Source: the human T2T-CHM13v2.0 reference genome, Homo sapiens. From it: DNA of 64,000 bases. The position numbers were made by a program, and so were the translations under genes. Positions 1-12,645 of the stretch are shown here, in pieces. The notes beneath the pieces are model-generated. The model was not told where the DNA came from, did no database searches, and saw only the letters and a program-made list of their open reading frames with translations. How positions within the stretch are numbered: position 1 is the stretch's first letter; each line of letters begins with the position of its first letter. The stretch lies in assembly GCF_009914755.1 (NCBI RefSeq), contig NC_060925.1. One strand, 5' to 3'.

Positions 1-165
1 CTAGGAAGGGGCAAAGATGTATTCTCTCCTACAGGTTTCAGAGGGAACATGGTGCTGTAGACACCCTGATTTTAGACTTCTAGCCTCTAGGACTGTGAGA
101 CAATACATTTCTCTTGTTTCAAGTCCCCCAGTTTGTGGTGCTTTGTGATAGCAGCCCTAGAACTG
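1..165 (+). mobile_element. MLT1 (MaLR) LTR 3' end
   Basis: gacttctagcctctaggactgtgagacaatacatttctcttgtttcaagtcccccagtttgtgg...gcagccctag. Confidence 0.8.
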
Positions 166-785
166 AGTAGATATTTAATCTCCATTGTGAAAGTGAAGAA
201 ATTGAAGCTCCCAAACGTCCTCATTTCTACAGCACCAACAATTTAGTATAAGACAGTAGAGGCAGAGAGTTTATCGAAGGAATGTGCAAATGAATGTCTG
301 TGGCTCAGGGAAGTGGTGTGAATTGCACAAGGTCACATGGGTAGTTGGAGGCACAGTCAGCTATAGGAACTGTGTCTGGATGCCCAGCTAGCTGTTTGCT
401 CCATTAGGACAATAATAATAGCGACCATTTATTTTCCTGGTTAAGAGCCTGGGCTTTGGAGTGTAAGCCAAGGCTTACATTCTTCATTTGTGGCTTTTTG
501 TCTAGTCCAATAAAGAAGGCTTCAATAAATGTCAGCTGTCATTCTTGGTATTTTACTATTACCAAATTCTTATATATGAAGTGGCTTACATACATTATTT
601 CATTTAATTCCCATGATAGCCCTTGGGGCAACTATTATTATTACAGTTTTGCAAATGAGGAGTCTGAGGCTCAGAGAGGCTCAAAAATTGCCCAAATCAT
701 CCAAACGGCAACAATGGTAGGGGCAGCCTACAGACCCGCCATGCAGCTTTGAGTGGCCTTCAGGCCTTCTTTCCAGCTCTTTTTG

Positions 786-1070
786 TTTGTTTGTTTTTTT
801 GAGATGGGGGTCTTGCTCCGTTCCTCAGCCAGGAGTGCAGTGGCACGATATTGACTCACTGCAACCTCTACCTTCTGGGTTCAAGTGATTTTTGTGCCTC
901 AGCTTCCTGAGTAGCTAGGATTACAGGCACGCGCCACCACACCCAGCTAATTTTTTTGTATTTTTAGTAGAGATGGGGTTTTGCCATGTTGGCCAGGCTG
1001 GTCTCAAACTTCTGGCCTCAAGTAACCCACCTGTCTTGGCCTCCCACAGTGCTGGGATTACCGGTGTGAC
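786..1070 (-). mobile_element. Alu (S/J type), slightly 5'-truncated
   Basis: Alu dimer in reverse; TSD ctttccagctcttttt on both sides. Confidence 0.93.
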
Positions 1071-1232
1071 CTTTCCAGCTCTTTTTAATATGTGCAATGC
1101 AAAAGGATTTTTAGCCTTGAGATGTATAGAACTCCCATAAATCACTAAGAAAGACACAACTAGCCCCAAGGAAAACTCAGCCAAGGGTGTTAAACATACA
1201 GTTCACAGATATCCAATGAAAATGAAAAGATG

Positions 1233-1551
1233 GCCAAGCTCGGTGGCTCATGCCTGTAATCTCAGAACTTTGGGAGGCCAGGGCAGGAGGACAGCTTGAG
1301 CCTAGGAATCTGAGACCAGCCTGGGCAATATACTGAGAACTTTTCTCTACAAAAAATTTTTAAAAATCAAAAATTATCTGAGTGTGGTGTCATGTGCCTG
1401 TAGTCCCAGTCACTCAGGAGGCTTAGGTAAGAGGATTGTTTGAGCCTGGGGAGCAGAGGCTCCAGTGAGCTGAGATTATGCCACTGCACTCCAGCCTGGG
1501 CAACAGAGAGAGATTCTGTCTGAAAAAAGAAAAGAAAAGAAAAAAAAGAAA
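1233..1551 (+). mobile_element. AluJ
   Basis: Alu dimer with J-type cttgagcctagga; (AAAAG)n tail; TSD gaaaagatg. Confidence 0.9.
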
Positions 1552-1761
1552 GAAAAGATGCTCAGCCTTATTAGTAATTGAAGAAATGCAAATTAAAACT
1601 ATGATGAGATGCCATTTCATATCCCCAGGATAAAACTGGTAAACATTTAAAAATCTGACAATAAGTAGTAACAAGAATATGGAGTCATAGGAATTCTCAT
1701 ACACTGCTACAGGAGTTTAAATTGGTAAAATCACTTTGGAGAGAACTTTGGCAATAGCTAC

Positions 1762-2109
1762 TGCAATGGACTGAATGTCTGTGTCCCCTTCCAAATTCAT
1801 GTGTTGAAATCTAATCCTCAGTATGGTGGTATTTGGAGCCTTTGGGAGGTGATTAGGTCATGAGGGTAGAGCCTTCATGATTGGGATTAGTGTCCTTATA
1901 AAAGAAGCCAGAAACCTAACTGGCTCTCTTTCCATCATGTGAGGACACAAGGAGAAGCTGGCAATCTGTAACCTATAAGAGAGCCCTCGCTAGAACCTGA
2001 TCTTGCTGGCACCCTGACCTTGGACTTCCAGCCTCCAGAATGTGAGGAATAAATATTTGTTGTTTAAGCTACCCAATGGTAAGTTGTTACAGCAGTCCTA
2101 ACAAAGACA
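1762..2109 (+). mobile_element. MLT1A-like solo LTR
   Basis: TG...CA ends, 5-bp TSD gctac/gctag, ccttataaaaga, ggacttccagcctccagaa, aataaat. Confidence 0.85.
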
Positions 2110-2254
2110 GCTAGTGAAGTTGAAGATGTATAGATCTTATCACCAGGGACCTCACTCTTAGGTACATTTCTCAGAGAAATCTTGCATACATGCATAGAGA
2201 AATAGAGAAAAATAGCAGCCTTGTTTATAATAGAAAGACATTGGAAATAAGCTA

Positions 2255-2382
2255 TTTTTTATTTTTAGAGACAGGGGTCTCACTATATTGTCCAGGCTGG
2301 ACTTGAACTCCTGGGGTAAAGTGATCCTCCTGCCTTGGCCTCCTAAGTACCTGGGACTCCATGTGCACACCACCATGACTGG
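2255..2382 (-). mobile_element. FLAM / free left Alu monomer
   Basis: Single Alu arm; approximate TSD gaaataagcta/aaaataaccta. Confidence 0.8.
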
Positions 2383-2737
2383 TTTGAAAATAACCTAAAT
2401 GTTCATCCCTATGAGAATGGCTAAAATAAATTGTGTATTTCTGTATTCATGATACTATACATCATTAGAATGAATGAAATTCGATTGCATATATCAATTG
2501 GGTAAGTCTCAAAAACTATGTTGAGTGAAGGAAGCAAGTCATTAGGAGAATCAAGGCTTGGTTTGAAAATAACCTAAATGTTCATCCCTATGAGAATGGC
2601 TAAAATAAATTGTGTATTTCTGTATTCATGATACTATACATCATTAGAATGAATGAAATTCGATTGCATATATCAATTGGGTAAGTCTCAAAAACTATGT
2701 TGAGTGAAGGAAGCAAGTCATTAGGAGAATCAAGGCT
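2380..2737. repeat. Perfect 179-bp tandem duplication (2380-2558, 2559-2737)
   Basis: The two copies appear base-identical on inspection. Confidence 0.95.
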
Positions 2738-5700
2738 ATTTGCTAAAGTTTAAAAACCCACAAAAGTAGTATTACTGTTTTATAAATACATATGTGATAG
2801 AAATATAAAAATATGAAAGAGAATGACATAAACTTCAGGACAGTGGTTTCCTCTGGGATGCAGGGAAGGGAATGAGATTAGGGAGGACGACATCAAGTAT
2901 ATCTGTAATATTTTAATCCTTAATACAAGTGAGAGTTATGCAGATGCTTATTATACTGTTGTTGATACTTTTTATATGCCTGAAATAATAATAATGTACT
3001 TACATATAATTTCCATATACTCTAAAAATAGAGGAGATAAAGCTTCTCTACAGTCAGAATAATTTGTACTTCCCTAAAGAACCTCTGAGAGACCTGATAA
3101 AAGAAAGAAATGCAGGCAGCAGTCCAATGTTTTCAGTATTAATTGGAATTTGGATCTTAATTTGGGTGCAGAGGAAGCCATTAAAAGGTTGTGGCTGAGG
3201 AATGATCTCATTTTTGGCTTGCAAGGCCTTTGAAACGCGACTCTGTTTCTCTTAGTCATCCTCATCTGACTGTCCCAGCCTCCCAAGTTTTTCTTCTAGT
3301 AACTTCACACGTCTGGTAAGTTCCTAGTTATGCCACTCACAACTCCGTGCAGTTGCTCATGGCTCCCTGTGCTTAGCACTTATTTCTTTCTAGATGATCC
3401 ACACTCTCCTTTCCAGAGCCAGCTAAGGCAATGCTATCTCTTACCAAGTTTATCTTGTTTCCCTCAGGATGGGTTAGGTTTCCCTCTGAACTCCCAGAGC
3501 TCCCTTTAGTATTGATGGCCAATCTTATTTCATCTTTGTCTTTCTGGTCCCCAGCAAAGGGCTGGAGTCAGCATAAGTGCTCAGGAAATGAAAATGTTGT
3601 TAGAGCAAGAAAGTATAAATGGAGCATTTGTTCAAGTCCCTTCTAGAACTACTGACTTCTAATAATGGCTCACATGGTCATAAAATAACATCACAGTGGA
3701 AATTAGATCCTATAATCCTTCATAAAGCTTGAGTAAAAACCTTGGAAAAGAAAACTCTGAAAAAGGGGTAGGATTGGGTGAAGGATTGGGTGTGAGGTTT
3801 GGAGGGAGAACATAGTGATGGGTCCAGACTTAAGAAGCTTCCTGATAGCCACTTAGCAAGGTGGAGTCTGCATAGACAAGAACCCAAGTCTCTTCATTCC
3901 TGGCCAGGGCTCTTTCTTTTGTTCTACTTTCTGTGGCTTGAGAAAACAGCTGCTCTGTATCATCTTCTTAAAATCTCTTCCAGTACTTACAACAGGAAAT
4001 GACTCTCCAGTTCTTGGGTAGTGAAACTGGGTCAACTATAACAGGTGGCTTGGAAGAACCTATGATAAGAGGCACTAGAGAACAGACAAGCCTCAGGAAA
4101 GCAATATTAAACTTAAGCGGGGTCTCAGAAAGGTCTTTGTAGTTGAATCAAGTTAAAACAAGTTTGGTTCCAAGGGTCTGGTGACTCTCCTAAACATACT
4201 TACACATCTGGATATTGAACTGAATTCCAATAGAAATCCATCATTGAGGATTATCTAGGGACAAATTTTTGTGCAAAAAAATAAATGATTGAATGATGAA
4301 TTATCATATAGATGACGTTGACCAGCTGTTCATCATTAAAATACAGAATAAGACAGAGGCCATAAACAAGATAAGGCTTCCATGGCATTAGAAGAAGTGT
4401 GGATGGATGTGCTAATTATCTTTGAATCTCAGGGTCAACCTAGGGCCTGGAACATGGTAGGTTTGCACCAAGATTTTCTGACTGAATGGATGAGCTCTGG
4501 AGAAATTGCATGACTGGAAACAGCTTCACCAGTCACCTCTTATATTAATGCATCTGGTTTGGAAGAGAGTTGGTGGCAAAATAAAAAAAACAGACTTCCT
4601 ACAAGAGCTTTTACCATCAGGCTAACCAGAAACACCAAATCCATGTCATCAGCGGGATTAAAACCAAGGGAAGGCTGGGCAGGGTTCTTAATGGTTGAGA
4701 ATGAGGAGTTTCTGGGTTATGATGGTGGCTTTCCAGTAGTGCTTGATTTAACCACCCTCTCTCTCATCAAAATACTCCCAAATGCAGAATAAGACATAAA
4801 GTTGCAACAGCCTGGAAGGAATGACTTTTCATGAATAATTTGGAGGTCTCTGGAAGGGGTTTTGTCTTGCCACAGCATTGATGGAATGGGATTGAGAAAT
4901 AACCGACACTGACCTCAAAAGTAGAACCACAGCATTGGACTGGAACATCTACACACATACCAGAATGCCTTGCCACCCATTGCCTGGGAACAGCACTCTA
5001 GAGCAGGCGGGTTCACTTTCAACTGTTCCTACTGTCCATCTGTGCCTCTCTTTCTGCATCCATTTGCTATTACTCCCAATCTTACGCCATCCTGGGATGC
5101 AAAATTGGCAGTGAGAGAGGCACAGGGGGAAAAGCTGAAGAAACATAGTATTCTGGGGAAAAATGCTTAATTGGGTTTAGACATTTGAAATTTTACAAAT
5201 TTTTCTCTTTGCATATTTTCATATACTATTGCAAATACTAATATTATTTAATGTTCATCTCTAACTACAGAGCAAGAGGGGATTGATATCTGAGTATAAT
5301 ACTGGTAGCTAATGTCCTTATAGCACTCTAGAATTTAAAAATAATTCCACAGATTATTTCAGTCCCCCACCCCACCACTGCCACCATCATTTCCACTACC
5401 AACAAACCCATGTTTATTGAGCACTTATCCCCAAGGCTCCTCTGCAGTAAAGGAGAGATGCGGGCCCCTTTCACGTCTTATGATTTGTGGTGATGTATCA
5501 AAAAGGGAACAAGTGTCATTAAAACAGGGTGGCAAAATATCATCTACTTTAAATGGTGACAGGTAACAAATTAGCACTTTTAACACCAAAACCACATTCT
5601 GTTAATTTGTGTTTCTCAGCATGCAAAAAGTATAACAATTGAAGTAATTTTGGCTAATGTAAAATCTTAGATTTTTTTTTGGTGTAAAATAATATGATTT

Positions 5701-7171
5701 AAAATTTCAAATCAAACAGTACTATAGCAGTTAAACCAAAATGAAATAAATAGATTATGAGTGAGGCATAGTGATAGTGGTACAACTGTGCTGTTTAAAG
5801 GTAATCAGCAGGTTTATAAAAATATTATCTCAAGATGTAGTACAGATGATATAGACAGGTAATCTGACACAAATTTAAGAAATATGGTAAATAATTTCTG
5901 CTGCCCTGTCGATGCATTTCTTTGGCTATATGTCACTCCCAGGGCAGAAAGTTCTTCAGATTAGCATTAACTAGCACTGTGGTTTTCTAACAATGTACCG
6001 ATCTCTTTGGCCCTCTGCTTTCCATCAGTGAAATGGAAGGCTAAGTGTTGGACATCCACATTCATCATCTCAGTGCTCTCCATGGTCATTTCCTTAATTT
6101 GGCTGGCCAGGCTAGTGACTCTCTACATCTTTATCTGCAAATATGACAGATTGGACTGGCTAAACTGTGGTGCTCTACCAATTCAGAGCCTATGAGCTCA
6201 TTTCATAGAAAATACATACTTGAACTGAAAAATACGGCCATCTCATACTGCTGCTGTAACTGCTGCTACTACCACTACTGCCGCTACCACACTTATGCAT
6301 GCCCTAGTGAGACTAAGCTGTTTAGCCCAGGAAGGCACCCCAACCTCACTGAGGGCAGCGTACCTAGCAATAAGTAGCCCTATGAGGGCTCATCTTACAG
6401 CCTCCAAACCCCACTCATAACCTCATGCCTCACCCTATCAAAACCACTAGGAAATAGCTTCTCTGGGATTGGATGCAAAAATTGTGGAATTTCCTCTCCC
6501 AAGAATTGTTAGGCAGTTCAACGATTTTGCTAAAGAGGTGCCCACAAAGACTTTGAAAGAGAAGGAAGGTTGTCTTCTGAGGGTTTGACTGTAAATCAAA
6601 ACCTGTTGGACACAAATATGCAAGAACCACCCTCTGAAAAGTAGACTAATTTTAAGACCAGAAGGCCATCAACATATCTAAAAAAGAAGGTACTAATTGA
6701 AAAAGGGTTGGGAAGTCAAAGGACATAAATGAACATGAATTACTGAGGCAGCACTCCCTCAAGCTTGGCTCAAGATAGAGGCATTCCAGATCTAGAAAAC
6801 CAAGAGGTCATTGTGCTACCCGACCCTGGGAAACAACGGCTGCTGTTTACTGAGCATGGATTCTTTGACAGGACAATGTGAAGTGCCTGTCTTACAATAT
6901 CCCATTTAATATTCAAAACAGCCCTAGGAGGTAGGTATCACTACTGCTATTTTATAGAAAAGTAAACTGAACTGAGGATCAGGAAGGACACAGCTGCTTA
7001 TGGTCACACAACTGACGATGCTGGAGCCTGAATCAGACTCAGGTTTTGTGACTCCCAAGGCTCTGCTCTGACTGCTGTGTGCACTGCTGGGCAGTCACAG
7101 GGTCACTTGTACTCTCCTTCAGGCCAGTCTCTGAAGGAGATAGACCCAGATGCTTCTTGGTAGAGAGGAGG

Positions 7172-7542
7172 TGCTATGGACCCAAATTTATATATGGAAG
7201 CCCTAACTCTCAGTTTGATGGCATTTGTAGATGGGGACTTTGGGAGGTGAATAGGTTTAGATAAGGTCATGACAGTAGGACCTTCATGATGAGATTAGTG
7301 TCCTTATAAGAAGAACCATCAGAGATTCCCCACTCCTACCTCTCTCTCTCTCTCTGCCTCGTGAGGACACAGTGAGAAGGCAGCTGCCTGCATGCTAGGA
7401 AGAGAACCTTCATCAAGGAACCACATCAGCAAGCACCTGGATCTTTGACTTCTCCGCCTCTAGAACTGTGGGAAATAAATTTCTCTTGTTTAAGCGCCCC
7501 ATCTATGGAATTTCATTATGGCAGTGTGAGCAGACTATGACA
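7172..7542 (+). mobile_element. MLT1A-like solo LTR
   Basis: tgctatgg...gactatgaca; TSD ggagg/gtagg. Confidence 0.85.
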
Positions 7543-7918
7543 GTAGGAATCACACTGATCAAGGGCAAGACTGTCTGGTCTTTCAGGGGCTATTTCTCTA
7601 GAGGGAAGACTGATGACAGTGAGCATTTGAATTCTACAACTGCTGCTCTCCGTGGTTCCAATCCTCTGCTCATCAAACATCATCCAGGAGGTCAGCCAGA
7701 GTGGGAGCATAGAGGTTTCAGGTTCCCTCAGGAGTTCCATTTCCATTGTCAATATGTTTAAGGGCATCAGGGTTTACACATCATGGGCTTGATTAGCCTA
7801 GGTCCTTCGCCACATATTGGTACATTCACCCCAGGAGTGGAAGTCCCTGTGTGTGGCCTTCTGAACTGGTCATGCTGCCTTCCCTGTTAGTGTTCTGACT
7901 GCTTTTAAAAAGTGGGAG

Positions 7919-10355
7919 GGGCCCGCTTGCCCTCCACTCTGTTCTGCAGCTACTCAACTGCCCTCCTCCCGTCCACCATGGCCCTGCCGCACTCAGGCTA
8001 CATCACCTCCTGGATCACCGCTGCCTTCCAACTGGGCCTTGCCATGGCAGCCTCCAACAGGACTAGCTTCTGGCGGGCCCACGTGGACATGGGACTTCCA
8101 GATCCTATCCTGGGAGTCACCAAAGCCTTTAAGAGAGACATTGATAGCAAAAAGGTGAATCTGGTAATTGGTGCCAACCAGGACAACAACAGAAAGCTTT
8201 ATCTGCTGTCTAACATCTGCAAGGCAGAGGCCCAGACTGCCACAAAAAATTTGGACAAGGAATACCTGCTCATTGGGGTACTGGCTGAATTTTGCAAGAC
8301 ATCTGCAGGACTAGCCCTGGGTAAGAACAGCGAAGTGTTGAAAAGCGACTGGTTTGTCACTGTGCAGGCTATTTCTCGAACTGGGGCCTTAAGGATCAGA
8401 ACCAGTTTTCTGTAAAGAGTTTTAAAGTTCAGCTGAGATGTCTTTCTGCCCAAACCATCCTAGGGAAATCACACACTTCAGGGATGCTGGCACACAGCTA
8501 CAAGCTTATCAGTACTATGACCCCAAGACTTGTGGTTCTGACTTCACAGGCACTATGGAGGACATTTCAAAAATACCAGCGCAAAGTGTTCTTCTCCTGC
8601 ATGCCTGGGCCCATAATCTCATGGAAGAGGACCCTTGTCCAGAGCAGTGGAAGGAAATAGCAATGGGGTGAAGAAAAAGAATCTCTACATTATTTGACAT
8701 GGCCTATCAAGGCTTTGCCAGAGGTGACGGTAACAAGGATGCCGGGGCTGTGTACCACTTCATCAAACAGGGCATTAACATTTGTCTCTGCCAATCATAT
8801 GCCAAAACATGGGCTTATGGAGAGCGTGTGGGAGACTTTACTATAATCTGCAAAGATGTGGCTGAAGTCAAAAGTGTGGAGTCACAGTTGAAAATCTTGA
8901 TCCATCCCACGTATTGTGACTCTCCTCTCAATGAGGCCTGGATTGCCTCTACCATTCTGAACACTCCGGATTTGTAAAAACAGTGGTTGCAAGAAGTGAA
9001 AATATGGCCGACTGCATCATTAGCATGTGGACTCAGCTGGTTTTCAACCTCAAGAGGAGAACTCCCACAATCCTCCTCTGAAGAAGGAGGATTCCTCCCA
9101 CAACTGGCAACATATCACTGAGCAAGTTGGCAAGTTTTGTTTCACAGGGCTAAAGCCTGAACAGATGGACTGGCTGACCAAGGAGTTCTCCATCTAGATG
9201 ACAAAGGATGGCCACATCTCTGTGGCAGGGGTCACTTCTGGCAACGTGGGCTACCTTGCCTATGCTATTTACCAGGTCACCAAGTAATATCCCTGGTGTG
9301 AGGGAACAGAGACAACCTTTCTGTTTTCAGCCTCTGCTCTTGTGAGCTTTGCACAGAGGATGAGGGAGGGTGGATGGTGGTAAATGGATCATTTCTTTCA
9401 ACCATAATGTATGACTCTCAGTGACTGTGATTCTCAGAAAAGAACATGTAGTGACACAGGGCAGAGGCACTCATGACTGGCATCTGGAACTTTGTGGCTC
9501 TAAATCAAAGTCTTCTTTATCCTTTTATGGCCAACTTTTCTGAAAGAGTTTACATGTGCAAGAAAGTCATAGCGCCAAAAAAACCCTGCCAATCATGCCC
9601 TTGCAATATTTCAGATGATTTAACTGAAGTGTCGTATGGTGTCAGGGGTTCCTCATGAGAAACGGTACTCATTAGAGGCTTTGAGAGCAGACCTAGTTCT
9701 GGCATTAATAGTCAGCCTCATGTTTGTCCTCCCGTGATGGAGCAACCTTATCAATATACCGTATTGCAGAAACTGTGTTTTATGAAAATTAATGAGCCAC
9801 TGCAGCAAGGAAAATAAAAGATGCTGTTTCCTGTCTTATTTAAGTAAAAGAGAAGGCCATCTCTTCTCTCTTATCATTGCTCTTCTTTTCCTTATGCACA
9901 AATACTTTTATCTAACCTAGTTGTTCATCTCATTCTACTGCTTGTTTGATAATAACCCCATTTCTATTGGGATTTATTTAAGAACAAAGAACATAAGTTT
10001 CTGCTCATGCCATACTCTCAACTTTCTTGCCAAATAATAGTGGAGAGTAGGCAACTGCATTTTATTTCCGCATCTTCTTCATCGATTTTGTAGTTGTCTC
10101 CTGTTGGGTTGTTGCCTCTACCCAGTGAGACCTCTTATCTTCACTGAATGTGGTTGTACAGTCACTCATCTCACACCATGAGTCAGGCGGTGCAGGATAG
10201 TGCCAGGAAAGAGGATATTCTGGGCTTTGTGTGCTGCCGGCTGGACTCAGGCTTCACCCTTTGGAAAGACAGCCACCGTCTGCTCTAATCATATAGACTT
10301 ATTGCAGCTTAGTTTCTCTGTTACAATAAAATTACTGTAGAACCCCCACCCGTCC
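7919..10355 (+). pseudogene. GOT2P1: Processed (retro)pseudogene of GOT2, mitochondrial aspartate aminotransferase; includes 5'UTR, CDS-homologous region 7978-9287 and full 3'UTR
   Basis: Intronless. Kozak ATG at 7978 (gtccaccATGG). Translations match GOT2 ([59 protein letters not shown] at 9285-9287). Disabled by TAA 8413-8415, TAG 8461-8463, further stops and frameshifts. AATAAA at 10325. TSD aaaagtg(g/t)gag at 7908-7918 and 10356-10366 with an L1-EN-type TT/AAAA site. The P1 number is from recollection of locus order. Confidence 0.96.
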
Positions 10356-11884
10356 AAAAGTGTGAGAACCCTGCTGTACTCACTGTTTAGTTACCATTCC
10401 AGTGCTCTCTAGACTTCCGTAGCTATGCCTCCAAGGCAGATGACACTCCAGCCAGTGATGATGGGGCTGGCAATGATGACAAAAGGTAGTTTTTATTGAG
10501 TCTTTTGTATGTGGCAATTCAATTCATTTTAAACAAAGCCAAGACTAACAAGTCTGGAGACCACAGGAAAGGTCTGCAGAAGATGATGTGCAATCATCCA
10601 AATTTTCAAGAATGGATAAGATGTTTACCTTATAGAAAAAGAGGGAAAAAATCCAGGCATAGAGAAGAGTCTAGACAAAGGTTTGGAGGTTGGATCTGGC
10701 AAAGTATATTCTGAGAACTCAGTTTGGCATGCATGGCTGAGGCAAATGGAGCATCAGCTTTGGTGACAGGAGGGAACAGACAATTGCTTTTGCTGGGAAG
10801 GTAATGGATGAGGTGCTCATGGAGACAGCCAGTAAGGTGCAGGGTGTGGCAGAAGCATTATTTTCCCATATTCTTCAGTACTATCAGATGCTTTCTGAGC
10901 ACCTACTCTCCTGCTGATGTTGTTGTGGCTTGATTCTCTTGTGGGATCAGGCAATGGACGAGCTAAGTGTAACTGTCCTTCAATTAAAGCAAGAAAACCC
11001 TACTCTGGACACTGGGTTAAAGTGAATCCTCTGCTGTTCAAATTACAGGAAAAGAAGAGATGATGTGGTGTGAAAAGGGGAAAGGTGAGAGAAGTGAGAT
11101 TGATTGAGTGTCAGTATGAGCTGAGCCCCATGATAGACACATCATCCACAGAGTGTCATTTGATTTTAAGAGCCCCAGCAGGTTTGCACTAGTATTTGTA
11201 GATGAGAAGGTTCAGAGAATTTCCACCCAAGGGAGGAAGTGGTGGCAACTGGATTTGAACCTAAGTTTGTGTCGCCCAATTGTCTCCAGCTATTTGACTC
11301 TTTAGGAGGTCTCAGTTGACATTCCTCTTTGGTAAAAAATGTGCTGTGTGGATGCAAGTGAGTCATTTACACTCTCAAAGCCTCAGTTTCTAGACCTATA
11401 CATCTGTTTCCTTAGAGGTTCACTCTTATTCTTCTCCTTGGATTCTTACAGAAATCAAATTTTCCTGTCTCATGACAATCCTTCAAAAATATGAAAATAG
11501 TATGCTTTCTCTGAATTTTCTCATTTTCAGGCTAAAAATTCTTGCTTCTTTCAGTTGCTTTTCCTCCTTGCTTTTTGATTCTTTGCTGTTAATATATGGT
11601 TGCCCCCAAAGCTGGTGCTATCTTAGGTTGTACTAAAAGAAGTATAGTGCCTGAATTAGAGGAGAGGAACATTCTCCTCAGGTCAGAGCACCTCTGAATC
11701 AAGGATTCAGCTCTGAGGCCATGAAGCATGAGGGAGCCAGATGAATGAGTATGCATTAGAGAAGAATCTTCCATGGAACTGGTCTTGTTGACAAGGAAAG
11801 TGGAAGTAAAACGGACCTTTCTTTATTCCTTTAATGCCAACACAGGAAGCTTTCTTCAGAGTCCCCCTCAAGACTATGTTCTGA

Positions 11885-12185
11885 GGGCGCGGTGGCTCAC
11901 ACCTGTAATCCCAGCACATTGGGAGGCTGAGGCAGATGGATCCCTTGAGCTCAGGAGTTTGAGACCAGCCTGGGCAACATGGCAAAACCCCCTCTCTACA
12001 AAAAATACAAAAATTAGTCAGGTGTGGTGGCATGCATCTATAGTCCCAGCTACTTGGGAGGCTGAGGTGGGAGGATGGCTTGAGCCCAGGAGGTGGAGGT
12101 TGCAGTGAGCAAAATTACACCACTGCACTGTAGCCTGGGCGACAGAGCCAGACCCTGTCTCAAAAACAAACAAACAAACAAACAA
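11885..12185 (+). mobile_element. Alu (J/early S)
   Basis: Alu dimer, (AAAC)n tail, TSD aagactatgttctga/aaaactgtgttctga. Confidence 0.93.
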
Positions 12186-12645
12186 AAAACTGTGTTCTGA
12201 CAGAGCACATGAAATCTCACACTGAGATTCTGAGCAGCATCAAGGCTATACAGGAATACAGCTAAGGGGCTGGGGTACTAAGTGGAGAGGGTCTGAATCC
12301 TGACTCATGATGCAGAGCTTTGCATGAGCTATTGTTCAATTTTTGGCAGCAGGTCTTTTAGCTGGACAATAGGTTGATCAAGGCATAGCAAATGACAAGT
12401 AGGGGTGTGAACCCGTTTCTATCATTTGCTGGCCATGACCTTGTGCAAATTCTTTTCCTTCTCTGTGCCTCTGTCTCCTCATTTGCCAAATGAAAGCATT
12501 GGATTAGAATCTGCAAAGGCCAATTAGTTTCATCATATCAACATGTCAATGACTTGGAATATTATATTGAGAAGCATGAGACTATATCTGGGCTCTACAG
12601 TAAAGAGCTTTGTGAGGGATTAACAATATTAGTCAGGACAGCAAG

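Larger units (their letters stand above)
1100..3000 (+). mobile_element. Ancient L1M (L1ME-like) ORF2/3'UTR fragment interrupted by AluJ, MLT1A and FLAM
   Basis: gaaaagatgctcagccttattagtaattgaagaaatgcaaattaaaact, ctcatacactgct, cactttggagag, ctatgttgagtgaaggaagcaagtca are typical L1M 3' motifs. Confidence 0.75.

Noticed and set aside
7912-8977. GOT2-like ORFs as a functional gene
   Set aside because: Multiple stops and frameshifts, no introns, TSDs: a processed pseudogene.
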